This document shows positions 1 through 9,720 of a stretch of DNA of 44,943 nt, in pieces. A model generated the notes under the pieces. It did no database searches, had not been told where the DNA came from, and worked only from the letters and a program-made list of their open reading frames with translations. Within the stretch, counting starts at the first letter, position 1. The number at the start of each line of letters is the position of its first letter. The translations under genes were made by a program, and so were the position numbers. The DNA lies in sequence record SRR20825006_1030; one strand, 5' to 3'.

Positions 1-1
1 T

Positions 2-427
2 AGTTTTGCTGAGTCAGTGCATAAAATTACACAAGAACAATTAAGACGTCATGGTCTACAGCCAAAAGTCATTGCTGATGTTATGAATCAGCGTTTAGAA
101 GGCAAAATCCTGCATAGTGATGTGCAAGAATTCGACTGGGTATGGTGTCAGAAACTCTTTGAAGCAGCTGGCACGACACCAAGATTTAAAATCCATGATG
201 CAACATTGCTCTTCAATCACAAAATCAATGACTCTCATGAGCCTTCATTAACACAAATCATGACCGAAACTTCTCTTTCAGATGGTCAATTGAGTTCCAT
301 CTTAAATCGCTACTCATTGCAGGCATGGGAAAGGCTAGACTGTGCTCCACACCGGGCGGCATGCGATGTACAGCATCTTGTTGAGATGTGGAAGCTGATT
401 ACAGAGCTTGAGACAAAAAATTTCTGA
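2..427 (+). CDS. DEDDh 3'-5' exonuclease family protein, 5'-truncated by the window edge
   Basis: Frame is open from base 2 (SFAESVHKIT, like the 'VHGIT' motif), has an FD motif and a C-terminal HRAACD (ExoIII HxAxxD). Confidence 0.7.
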   Translation, partial: SFAESVHKITQEQLRRHGLQPKVIADVMNQRLEGKILHSDVQEFDWVWCQKLFEAAGTTPRFKIHDATLLFNHKINDSHEPSLTQIMTETSLSDGQLSSILNRYSLQAWERLDCAPHRAACDVQHLVEMWKLITELETKNF

Positions 428-438
428 CTTGTTGAGAA

Positions 439-948
439 TCACTTGCTTCTCCTCTCTTCGCGGAGCACTTCAAAAGTCTTCTGATACCTTTGTAATGCTC
501 GCTCAAAATATGTGAGGTCGTGACCTTCCGGCTTGCTAGTAACGGCGACGTGCCACATCAGATGTGGAGGCCAATCATTGGGAATTACTTCTTTGAGTGC
601 CTTGCGGATACGCGCAAAGTCTTCGGGAGAATATTTGTGCTCCCTGGCAGTAACGTAAAGAAGATTGTAGTGAGGGAGTACATATCTGCTTTCTAATGGA
701 TCTTCTTCGAACACCCCTCGCCATTGTCCATCCGCTCGCTTCACGAAGTAGAGCGGAGCAACGGGCACCCCAGCGAATACGCATGCCGCACCAATGGCAT
801 GCATAGCTGGACCTATTGTCATAGCGGCTTTTGCTGGCTCTTTACCACAGGCAGCAGCATACATGCCGTAAGAAGACACGCGATTCGACAACACGCTATC
901 TTGGAACTTGTCCAATATTTCAAGTGCTATTTCCCGTGCAGTTGCCAT
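439..948 (-). CDS. hypothetical protein, 169 aa, cassette-like
   Basis: ATG-started ORF with a plausible soluble sequence; no family recognised. Confidence 0.7.
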   Translation of the reverse strand: MATAREIALEILDKFQDSVLSNRVSSYGMYAAACGKEPAKAAMTIGPAMHAIGAACVFAGVPVAPLYFVKRADGQWRGVFEEDPLESRYVLPHYNLLYVTAREHKYSPEDFARIRKALKEVIPNDWPPHLMWHVAVTSKPEGHDLTYFERALQRYQKTFEVLREERRSK

Positions 949-985
949 AGCGCTGCCTTATGTGTAATGCCCGACGCTTCTAATC

Positions 986-1029
986 ATACAACGCCTCAGC
1001 GGCCGGCTACGGTGACTTGTTAGCTTTCA
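986..1029 (-). repeat. degenerate, shortened integron attC-like site
   Basis: Minus strand after the stop reads TGAAAGCTAACAAGTCA...GCCGCTGAGGCGTTGTAT. The AGCTAAC inverse core is complementary to GTTAGCT upstream of the same gene (1518-1524). Confidence 0.55.
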
Positions 1030-1500
1030 TTTCGGCTCAATTAAAATCATGTGCTCATCAGCTCGTGGCCCTTTGGTACATTTCACAAGAATATTGAGAT
1101 TACCATTCATAAAATGCTGATTGATCGGGCAAGACTGAAAGATGTTTTTTATCGCTTCAGAGGTAGCACCACCATATTCCTCGGAAATAATTGCGCTCCA
1201 TAATCGCCCTGTAATATCCATCTTCTTGCCGTGCCAGTTCACAACAACAAACTTAAGGTTCTTAATATGGTCTGGGCCTGAGCTTTTGCTGTTAATCCAG
1301 AGCTTCACGTCCTCTTCGCGGTTATAGCACCCCCACAGGGATCCAAAGCCATCACTTGGTGGCGTGGTTGACTCCCTTACACACTGAAGCCTTTTAAGCA
1401 ACTTGGCCTTCTCAACAGAGACGCTGCCGAAGGATTCCGCAAAGGCTGGCTTGCAAAATAGAACTCCCAGAAATACAAATAAGTATGTAAGTTTCATCAA
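1027..1500 (-). CDS. exported hypothetical protein
   Basis: N-terminal signal peptide ending in AFA; AAGGAG RBS; several Cys residues. Confidence 0.75.
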   Translation of the reverse strand: MMKLTYLFVFLGVLFCKPAFAESFGSVSVEKAKLLKRLQCVRESTTPPSDGFGSLWGCYNREEDVKLWINSKSSGPDHIKNLKFVVVNWHGKKMDITGRLWSAIISEEYGGATSEAIKNIFQSCPINQHFMNGNLNILVKCTKGPRADEHMILIEPK

Positions 1501-1625
1501 CGACCGTCTCCTTTGACAGCTAACAGCACATATAATGGATCTGGGGAGCCATTAAGCAATTTTTTTGTTTGATAGGGATAAAGCCATTTCTCATTATGAA
1601 ACATGGTTTTACCTTAGTTCTTAAT

Positions 1626-1650
1626 GAACGAACTTGAACACTTATTGGGT
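1626..1650 (-). repeat. left half of an attC-like site
   Basis: ACCCAATAAGTGTTCAAGTTCGTTC just after the stop of 1657..2325 resembles an RYYYAAC-led attC start; no right half is seen. Confidence 0.4.
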
Positions 1651-1656
1651 GATGGT

Positions 1657-2325
1657 CTACACATAGTCATCGGAATTCATTGGTAGCTTTGAAAGCCCCA
1701 AGTCTTCACGCCATGCATTCAGTTCTTCGAAACATGACTCGCATAATAGTGCTGGACTTCCATCCTCTCTTTCAAGGAGAGTGATTTTCCCAGAAATAAA
1801 TCCAAATCGTTGTTTGCATTTGGCACAATCTGCTTTCACCTCAACCCCATCCAGGGCAGGCAATGACCTTCTATTGGATACCTTAAACAAGTTGCTAATC
1901 TTAATTTTTGCATCTGCGATGTCTTGATCACTCCAACCTTGAAGCTTGGTTTTTTTCTGGCCGATCATTTTTTTCCTGAAAACAAGGAAAGACCAAAAGT
2001 AAGCGATGGTAATGATATTTAGAACAACCCATACTGACTTTTCGCCCAAATGAACAGGAATTATTGGGTTGTATAAAATTGCAGCAGCGCCAAGCGGCGC
2101 AAGGAACAAAGGCTTACGATTTTCTAATTCCACAAAACCAATTGCAAGAGCCGAACCGCACAAAACCACTCGCAATAATTTATAGAACCAGTAATCCATC
2201 TCCAAGATTCCGAGCAAAACAAATGCGGTACTGATAGTTGCGGCAGTGAATATTACTCTTTGATTAGTCATTGGTAATTCACTCCGCAAAATGCCATTAT
2301 TAGATGACATTTTAGAACCCACCAC
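1657..2325 (-). CDS. membrane protein (DUF6804-like N-terminus) with a C-terminal CxxC...CxxC region; true start may be the internal MTNQ
   Basis: YWFYKLLRVVLC...LYNPIIPVHL...W pattern; CAKC and CESC. Confidence 0.65.
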   Translation of the reverse strand: MVGSKMSSNNGILRSELPMTNQRVIFTAATISTAFVLLGILEMDYWFYKLLRVVLCGSALAIGFVELENRKPLFLAPLGAAAILYNPIIPVHLGEKSVWVVLNIITIAYFWSFLVFRKKMIGQKKTKLQGWSDQDIADAKIKISNLFKVSNRRSLPALDGVEVKADCAKCKQRFGFISGKITLLEREDGSPALLCESCFEELNAWREDLGLSKLPMNSDDYV

Positions 2326-2998
2326 GAACTTGTGCGCCTAACCATGCGCCATACATAAAAACTGGGATAAAACCAAAAATCGCCGTAAGTGGAAACATAA
2401 TTAGCTGACCTAGACCTTCTCCAGCCATTTCTATACCCGTGACTATTAGAGCTGCTACCATCATTCCTAACCACGACATAACACCGCCGATTATGATTAA
2501 GCCTGTTGAGAACCAGAAACCAGGAATGAAATCTACTCTCCCCTTGTCTATACCGGGATTTATGGAATCAAGGATTCCGAGCACAAACATAAGTGCGATG
2601 CCACCGAGAACAAGTGTTTGTAATGATTGCAACTGACCTAAGACTGGTATAAGTGCCAGAACTATTGCGGCTAGAACAAGAACACCAACGAGTTTGAAAA
2701 ATGCCCCTGGAGCAACAACAATAAGCTGCCAAGGGAAACTCCATGCCGCATCTTCGGCGAAACCGAAGATTATAGGTGCGATGGTTAATATCATTACAGC
2801 CATCGCTACAACTTGGAGTACAGGCATTAAAAGCATGCTAAGGCAGCCCATATATCCAGTAGCACCTTCGTTCTTTTTCATAACCATGCCAACAATTATC
2901 ATTGGGATAAAAAACATGGCGAGGTACTCAAGGCCAGCAACGTATGTCTCCCAGTAGGTGAGAACCTTTAGGCCCGCAAGTACCGAATCCCAAAACAT
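2312..2998 (-). CDS. hypothetical integral membrane protein
   Basis: 228 aa, about 6-7 hydrophobic segments, AGGGG RBS. Confidence 0.75.
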   Translation of the reverse strand: MFWDSVLAGLKVLTYWETYVAGLEYLAMFFIPMIIVGMVMKKNEGATGYMGCLSMLLMPVLQVVAMAVMILTIAPIIFGFAEDAAWSFPWQLIVVAPGAFFKLVGVLVLAAIVLALIPVLGQLQSLQTLVLGGIALMFVLGILDSINPGIDKGRVDFIPGFWFSTGLIIIGGVMSWLGMMVAALIVTGIEMAGEGLGQLIMFPLTAIFGFIPVFMYGAWLGAQVRGGF

Positions 2999-3173
2999 GG
3001 TTATCCCCTTTTTGTCATGTTGACCTGTTCCCCACTTTCTAATTCACGACAAACTTAGTAATGTTCATCACTGAAAATAGAAATCGCCATTCTATATGCC
3101 GTTCTATTGGTTAGATTATGACCCTGACCCCGTATCAGGTCCAGCCACTTACTTATTCGCGCTATTCTGACTT

Positions 3174-3383
3174 TTGAGCTACGGACAATCGATGTTTATT
3201 CAAAGTCTTTTCGGCATCGCAACTCCAGCGATAAGATATTTGAGATCTGTGGTTGCCATTCTAGATCGGCAATATGATGTGAAGGCGCTTGGTAAAGATG
3301 CAAAAGGGAATATTCGTATTGGAATAGAGGCGCCTAAATCGGTTCCTGTTCAGCGAGAAGTAATCTACAACAGGATAAAATAA
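3174..3383 (+). pseudogene. degenerate CsrA-like fragment
   Basis: GNIRIGIEAPKSVPVQREVIYNRIK matches the CsrA C-terminal half; the MLILTR N-terminus is missing. Confidence 0.65.
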
Positions 3384-3548
3384 CAATCTTCAACGCTTTG
3401 AAGTCTCGGTTTAACCTTTTGCAATATACCAGCACGGACCCGATGATATACAGACTGATAGACTATAACCACAATTTTAATATGGTTTATTGTAACATAT
3501 TAGCTGGAATTAGCATCGAGAGTAATAAAAATAGCAAAGGATTCGCTT

Positions 3549-5597
3549 ATGGACTTTGAGGTAATAACCCTTGCAACCTACGGTACACTTTTCATCCTGT
3601 GGTCTGCGATACTGATACTTTATCTCTACAATGTACGTAAGGTTCGAGCACTCAGCCTGGCCGTCAGTGTTTTACTCTCGATATTGGCCATCGATGCCTT
3701 CAGAACCACATTCGAGTCAGCATATTTCGGTCTTTATTTTTCTTCGGTTTATGATTTCCTGCCGAGGGAGCTCTATGAGTTTCTCTCCAGACCTGAAGTC
3801 TTAATCCTGCCCAAAGCGCTTAATTTAGTAGCAGCGCTTGTCATCGTATTTCTACTCTTCAAGTTCTGGATTCCACGTGTTGTGCTTGAGCGCCGTGAAA
3901 TGCTTGATGCCATGTCTAAATCAAACCGGGAACTTGAGTTAATACGCTATTCACTGGAACACATTTCAGACAGCGTCTACTGGGTATCACCAGAAGGTCG
4001 GGTGATTGATGCGAATCAGGCAGCCTGCGAATACATGGGCTACACATTAGACGAGTTAAGACAGCTTCATGTTTATGATTTTGATCCAGACTTTACTAAA
4101 GCAATCTGGCCAAAACACTGGCAAGAACTCAAAGCCCAGGGCAGCAAACATATTGTTACGCGCCACGTCACAAAGTCTGGTAAATCAGTTCCCGTCGATA
4201 TTGTGGCCAATTATCTTCACTATGACGGTGAGGACTATAACTGTGCGATCGTAAGGGATATTAGTAAGGAACTGGAGAAAGACAATCTAATCTGGCAACA
4301 GGCCAATTTTGATGAAATGACAGGCCTACCCAATCGACGGTTGTTTATGGATAGACTGAATGAGGCTCTACTCACAGCACGTAGACACAAACTTCCCATC
4401 GCAGTGATGCTCATTGACATTGACCGGTTTAAGGAAATCAACGAGGTGATGGGGCCCGAAGTTGGAGACAAAACACTGGTTGAGATTAGTCAAAAGCTGA
4501 ATAAAACGGTCCGGGATAGTGATACTTTCGCCCGGTTATCGGGTGACGAATTTATTGCAATCATCAAGAACTATAACTCTACAGCTGATCTTCAGCTTAT
4601 TGCAGCCAGAATGTTCGATGTTATGAACGAACCACAACAGCTGGGTGAGTTAACCATGTTTCTCTCAGCCAGCATTGGTGTAACGCTTTATCCAAATGAT
4701 GCTCAAGATGGCAAAGAACTGATTCGCAATGCATATCAGGCCATGTACGATGCAAAAGACAGCGGCGGACGCAACCAATTACAGTTTTTTACCCCATCCA
4801 TGCATGAGCGAATGCAACAACGTGCCAGACTGGTGAGTGAAATGCGTAAGGCCATCGATGATGAGGCTTTTGAGCTACATTACCAGCCCATTGTAGATTT
4901 ACAGACGGGTAAGGTCGTTAAGGCTGAAGCATTAATTCGATGGAAGCACCCCGAAAAAGGACTTGTTTATCCTGGTGAATTCATTCCATTAGCAGAAGAA
5001 ACAGGCTTGGTGATACGTATTGGAGACTGGGTATTAAAGCAGACGCTTAATGACCTGCCAGGATTTAGAGAGCTACATGCTTCCTTCTCAGTCTCCATCA
5101 ATACTGCACCTGCTCACTACAAAGACCTTCATTGTATTTCTCGTTGGATGCAAAAAATCAGTGAGGCAAATCAGCCTGGAAGTGCGATTGTATTCGAGAT
5201 GACTGAACATAACTTGATGCCAGAACACTCTGACGATATAGAAGCAACCTTGGCTTCACTGCATGGTGCTGGAATTAGAGTTGCCTTGGATGATTTCGGC
5301 ACCGGTTATTCTTCCCTTGCTTACCTGAAACGCTACCGAATCGGTTTTGTAAAAATTGACAAGAGCTTTGTGGACAGCATAACAACAGATACACACAGCC
5401 ATGCTCTATGCGAGGCGATCATTGTCATGGCACACAAGCTTGATATGGAAGTGATTGCTGAGGGTGTGGAAACCAAAGAACAAATGGAAGTTTTAGCAGA
5501 TATTGGCTGTGACCATGGTCAGGGTTACTACTTTTCACGCCCAGTGCCGTTTGATAAGTTCATAACTCTTATTGGCTTCCCGTTGTCTTTAGAATAG
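3549..5597 (+). CDS. membrane PAS-GGDEF-EAL c-di-GMP protein
   Basis: N-terminal TM helices, PAS, DEMTGLPNR, SGDEF, EALIRW, DDFGTGYSS. Confidence 0.93.
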   Translation: MDFEVITLATYGTLFILWSAILILYLYNVRKVRALSLAVSVLLSILAIDAFRTTFESAYFGLYFSSVYDFLPRELYEFLSRPEVLILPKALNLVAALVIVFLLFKFWIPRVVLERREMLDAMSKSNRELELIRYSLEHISDSVYWVSPEGRVIDANQAACEYMGYTLDELRQLHVYDFDPDFTKAIWPKHWQELKAQGSKHIVTRHVTKSGKSVPVDIVANYLHYDGEDYNCAIVRDISKELEKDNLIWQQANFDEMTGLPNRRLFMDRLNEALLTARRHKLPIAVMLIDIDRFKEINEVMGPEVGDKTLVEISQKLNKTVRDSDTFARLSGDEFIAIIKNYNSTADLQLIAARMFDVMNEPQQLGELTMFLSASIGVTLYPNDAQDGKELIRNAYQAMYDAKDSGGRNQLQFFTPSMHERMQQRARLVSEMRKAIDDEAFELHYQPIVDLQTGKVVKAEALIRWKHPEKGLVYPGEFIPLAEETGLVIRIGDWVLKQTLNDLPGFRELHASFSVSINTAPAHYKDLHCISRWMQKISEANQPGSAIVFEMTEHNLMPEHSDDIEATLASLHGAGIRVALDDFGTGYSSLAYLKRYRIGFVKIDKSFVDSITTDTHSHALCEAIIVMAHKLDMEVIAEGVETKEQMEVLADIGCDHGQGYYFSRPVPFDKFITLIGFPLSLE

Positions 5598-5762
5598 CCA
5601 TCGATGTGCTAAACCGATTTTCATGCTTCTTTGATTGCTCCAATTCTCAAACGACACTGCTATGAATGGCACTTGCTAAAATCCTACTTCTGCCAGCCAC
5701 CCTATACAACGCGACATTTACTTTGGCTATCACTGTAATGATAGCCTTTGTCCAATGACTTG
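5592..5762 (-). pseudogene. relic 3' end and downstream flank of a diguanylate cyclase paralog
   Basis: Diverged copy of 9666-9840; encodes ITVIAKVNVALYRVAGRSRILASAIHSSVV* versus MSVIARADDAMYKAKASGRSRVLASAMDSRVV*. Confidence 0.8.
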
Positions 5763-5766
5763 GGGC

Positions 5767-7086
5767 TCATTCGACTTGTTGATATATTCTCTCTACAACC
5801 TCTACAACTTGCTCAGCCCCTTTTCTGATATTGATAATGGACTGACCTGCCTGAGCTGCCAAAGATACAGCCTCTTCAACACCATCAAGGCTACCTGACA
5901 TGCTGTGAATAACGGTTTGAGTATTGGACTGAACTCTAGAGATCATCTCAGAAATTTCGGATGTAGCCTGATGTGTTCTGTGAGCCAGTGTACGAACTTC
6001 ATCAGCAACGACAGCGAACCCTCTACCCTCAGACCCTGCTCGTGCAGCTTCGATTGCAGCATTTAAAGCCAGCAAATTAGTCTGTTCTGCTATATCGCTG
6101 ATTGTTTTTACGATCGAACTTATTTGATCGGTTACGTCATCAAGTTTACCTAGTTGTTCAGATGAATCAGAAACTTTTGCTGAAAGTGAATGCATTCTTT
6201 CTGTCGTATCGAAGATGATTTTCTCACCTTCGCTTGATTGCTCCAGAGTGTCACGCGATATTTCGTAGGCTGTTTGTGCTGCCTTCTTTTCGTTTTGAGC
6301 TTTCTCTACCTGTTCTGTTATGTCGCTAGCAAATTTAATGACTCGATATGGCTTCCCTTGATCATCAAGAACAGGATTATATGTGGCACCCAGCCACACG
6401 ACTCTTCCACTTTTAGTTAGTCTTTGATAGCTGCTATCGAAGAATTCGCCTTGGTTCAGCTTTTCCCAGAAGATCCTATATTCATCACTTTCCGCAAATT
6501 TAGCCTCACAGAAAATGCGATGATGTTTGCCCTGTACCTCTTCTAAAGAATACCCCATCAACTCAAGGAAGTTAGTGTTTGCGTCCCTGACCTTGCCTTC
6601 CATGTCGAACTCAATCACTGCCATCGAACGGTTTAATGCAGTGATAAGGTTATCTGCATTACGTGACATCTCAACACGTTGGGTGATGTCGTTAGCCGTC
6701 TTAATCACTCTTTCAAGTGATCCATCAGCTTTTCTTACAGGGAAGTAAGTTGCCTCTAGCCAGATGCTGGCTCCATTTTTGTGTTTGCGTTGGAACTGAC
6801 CACTGAATGTTTCGCCGGCTCTGAGTTTAGCCCAGAAATCTGCGTAGTCTTTGCTACGGACATAATTTTCATCACACAAAGTTTGATGGTGCTGGTTTAC
6901 CAGTTCATCAGTCGTGTAGCCAACAACCTTACTAAAGTTAGTGTTTACCGATAGGATGATGCCGCCCGGCGTAAACTCTATAATCGCAACAGACTTGTCA
7001 AAAGCCCTGAGCAAATCGTCCTTTTCATCTAATTGTTTCTTTGTTCTAGCGAGTTCATCTTTGACTATTCTGTATTTGCTGAACAT
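5767..7086 (-). CDS. soluble PAS-PAS methyl-accepting chemotaxis protein (BdlA-like)
   Basis: Two PAS/PAC repeats, [17 protein letters not shown]...[10 protein letters not shown] signalling motif, no TM segment. Confidence 0.92.
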   Translation of the reverse strand: MFSKYRIVKDELARTKKQLDEKDDLLRAFDKSVAIIEFTPGGIILSVNTNFSKVVGYTTDELVNQHHQTLCDENYVRSKDYADFWAKLRAGETFSGQFQRKHKNGASIWLEATYFPVRKADGSLERVIKTANDITQRVEMSRNADNLITALNRSMAVIEFDMEGKVRDANTNFLELMGYSLEEVQGKHHRIFCEAKFAESDEYRIFWEKLNQGEFFDSSYQRLTKSGRVVWLGATYNPVLDDQGKPYRVIKFASDITEQVEKAQNEKKAAQTAYEISRDTLEQSSEGEKIIFDTTERMHSLSAKVSDSSEQLGKLDDVTDQISSIVKTISDIAEQTNLLALNAAIEAARAGSEGRGFAVVADEVRTLAHRTHQATSEISEMISRVQSNTQTVIHSMSGSLDGVEEAVSLAAQAGQSIINIRKGAEQVVEVVERIYQQVE

Positions 7087-7558
7087 TAACTTCCCCTAAT
7101 TAAAGACATTGCAACCGACTTGATAATTGTAGGATGCAATCATATAGTGAGCAATATAATTAATTAGAAAGAGCTTGTATATGTGCGAACCAATTCAACA
7201 TGATTTAGATGTGTGTCCATGTCCCGATCACAGTCATCAGCTCTTTAATTGACTTACTGCACTGGGTCAGTCTTTCCGATGCTTTCAGTAGCCCTCTGAA
7301 GCACGTCTCTTTTTTAAACTGGGATGAGAGAATCGGTGTTATACAACAACGATCAGCTGAAATTGGTTCAGCTATAACAGATAACAGTGTCTTTGACTGT
7401 CTTGATGCTCCACATATAGGTATATCCATGCAAAGATCGGGGGCACAGTCGACGGTAGTTATTATATGTATATGATTTTATATTCTGATTTATATGATAA
7501 TCAGGCTTTGAGGCAATCCCATTAAAAACGCCATGCGGTAATACTGGAGACAATTATT

Positions 7559-7753
7559 ATGCTCATACTTTCAAGACAGATCGGCAGCAGCATCGTTATC
7601 GGCGATGATATAAAAGTCTCAGTGTTAGGGATTAATGGCAAACAAGTCAGATTAGGTATTGAGGCACCCATCTCGGTTTCAGTTCACAGAAATGAGGTTT
7701 ATGAAAGAATTCAAAATGAACTCGAACTCAAAAAAATGAATACAAGGTCATAG
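7559..7753 (+). CDS. csrA: carbon storage regulator CsrA/RsmA family
   Basis: MLILSRQIG...VRLGIEAP...[17 protein letters not shown]. Confidence 0.92.
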   Translation: MLILSRQIGSSIVIGDDIKVSVLGINGKQVRLGIEAPISVSVHRNEVYERIQNELELKKMNTRS

Positions 7754-7981
7754 TCTGCCTGTTATGTCTATCTGAGCTGGAAGCGGCACCTTAAAGTGAA
7801 GAAGATCACATTTCTCAATAGCTACTTGTTGGTCGCCCTAAAATTGATGATTTCTAATCACTCTGGCAAGTGATTCATCGGCATTTATTTTCTTACTATT
7901 ATTTCAATTGAAAAACTTTATGAGATGAGTAACGCTCAAAAAAGCTGACAATGTCATTGAATACTGAAAGGAATCACTACT

Positions 7982-9655
7982 ATGGATATTACTCAGTTAT
8001 TTAAAACACTTGATAATAAAGGACGTCTGATCAAAGCAGTATTGGTGCCTTTGCTGCTTATCCTGATGGGGTGTGTATTTATGCTCGTCTATTATACCGG
8101 CGGCATAAAATACGTTTATTCACATTCAATGTATATCCCAATTGTATTAGGTGCACTCATTTTTGGTGTTCGAGGAGGGATCTTGTTTGGACTCTTGGGT
8201 GGACTAATTCTTGGCCCTTTCATGCCTATTGATGTGGTGACCGGAGAAATGCAGAACACCATTAACTGGCTTTATCGAACTGGCTTTTTTGTCTTAATCG
8301 GTTTCATAGCAGGTCTTGCCAGTGACATCGTCGGAATTTATTTGAATAAACTGAAATGGATTTCACGACATGACGAATATACAGGATTGCCTAACCGCCA
8401 TGCATTGATTGAAGAATTGCCAAACTATGCTGCTAATACTCATCCACCGGAAATGAATATCTTACTTGTAGCCTCCGTTAATAACACTCGACAGTTGAAA
8501 ACTGCTTTTGGTATCGATGTCATTGATACAGCAATTGGACAAATCTCCGAACGCTATATGAAACGGCTAAAGGAAATGGGACATGAGTTTCATGTTTATC
8601 GAGCTGATGCTGGTTCAATCAGCACGCTGGTTACAAATACGCCATCACAAAAGCTAAAAACATTGCTCAAAGAGCTCGCTAAGATAGCAAAAAAGCCATT
8701 TGAGTTTCAGGGCATCCCCATCCATGTTGATTTCCGAATGGGTTTTGTACCATTCGATACTGCGTCGAATCCGCCCCACTCATACCTCCAATATGCAGAA
8801 TCAGCTATGAATCAGGCACATGAAACCCTGAAAGATTTTCTTGCCTACAGTAAAGACCTGGAGGGTCTCGTTAGAGAGAATATGTCACTTTTAGGTGAAC
8901 TAGTTGATGCGATTGAGCTAAATCAGCTTGCTTTACACTATCAGCCTAAAGTCGATAGTAAAACTGGAAAAGTAGTCGGTGTGGAGGCCCTGATGCGATG
9001 GCACCATCCTAATCGTGGCAATGTGCCGCCAGGCGTCTTTATTCCATGTGCTGAACAGAGCACATTAATTTTTGACATCACCACATTTGCTCTAGAGACC
9101 GCATTAAAGCAAATAGTGCGTTGGAATAAGCAAGGCATTGATTTACCCATAGCCGTAAATCTATCCCCGCTCAACCTGGGTGAACCTGGTTTTGCTGACA
9201 TTGTGATAGCGCTTTTAAGTCGATATGGTGTGGATGGTCACAAGCTTGAACTTGAAGTGACAGAAGGCGCATTAATGTTGGATATTGCCACATCAACAAA
9301 AGAGCTCAATAAACTAGCAGAGAAAGGCGTCATTATTTCAGTGGATGATTTTGGTACAGGCTATTCCTCGTTACAGTATCTGGATAAGTTACCAATCAGC
9401 ACGATTAAAATCGATCAGTCTTTTATACGCCAGCTCTCTGAGGGCGAGAGTTCTTCCCATATTGTTGAAGCAACAATCAGTCTGGCACATCGCTTAAAAA
9501 TGAATGTTGTAGCTGAAGGTGTCGAAGATCAAGACACATTTGACTACCTTTTAAAGAATGAATGTGATTCTGTACAAGGCTACCTGTTTTCAAAACCACT
9601 AACTGAAACAGAGTTTCAAGACTGGCTTAAACAGTATGAAAGTAACCGTAGCTAG
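7982..9655 (+). CDS. membrane c-di-GMP phosphodiesterase (degenerate GGDEF plus EAL)
   Basis: TM N-terminus, DEYTGLPNR with no GGDEF motif (RADAGSI instead), intact EALMRW, DDFGTGYSS and EGVE. Confidence 0.9.
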   Translation: MDITQLFKTLDNKGRLIKAVLVPLLLILMGCVFMLVYYTGGIKYVYSHSMYIPIVLGALIFGVRGGILFGLLGGLILGPFMPIDVVTGEMQNTINWLYRTGFFVLIGFIAGLASDIVGIYLNKLKWISRHDEYTGLPNRHALIEELPNYAANTHPPEMNILLVASVNNTRQLKTAFGIDVIDTAIGQISERYMKRLKEMGHEFHVYRADAGSISTLVTNTPSQKLKTLLKELAKIAKKPFEFQGIPIHVDFRMGFVPFDTASNPPHSYLQYAESAMNQAHETLKDFLAYSKDLEGLVRENMSLLGELVDAIELNQLALHYQPKVDSKTGKVVGVEALMRWHHPNRGNVPPGVFIPCAEQSTLIFDITTFALETALKQIVRWNKQGIDLPIAVNLSPLNLGEPGFADIVIALLSRYGVDGHKLELEVTEGALMLDIATSTKELNKLAEKGVIISVDDFGTGYSSLQYLDKLPISTIKIDQSFIRQLSEGESSSHIVEATISLAHRLKMNVVAEGVEDQDTFDYLLKNECDSVQGYLFSKPLTETEFQDWLKQYESNRS

Positions 9656-9720
9656 GATGAGATTTGAATAGCCATCGATTTGCTAAACAGGTTCTGATGC
9701 TCCTTTGAATACTCCAGCTC

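Noticed and set aside
7205-7553. Short ORFs between the MCP and csrA
   Set aside because: They overlap one another and show no RBS or recognisable motif. No GGA-repeat Csr sRNA pattern is evident either.
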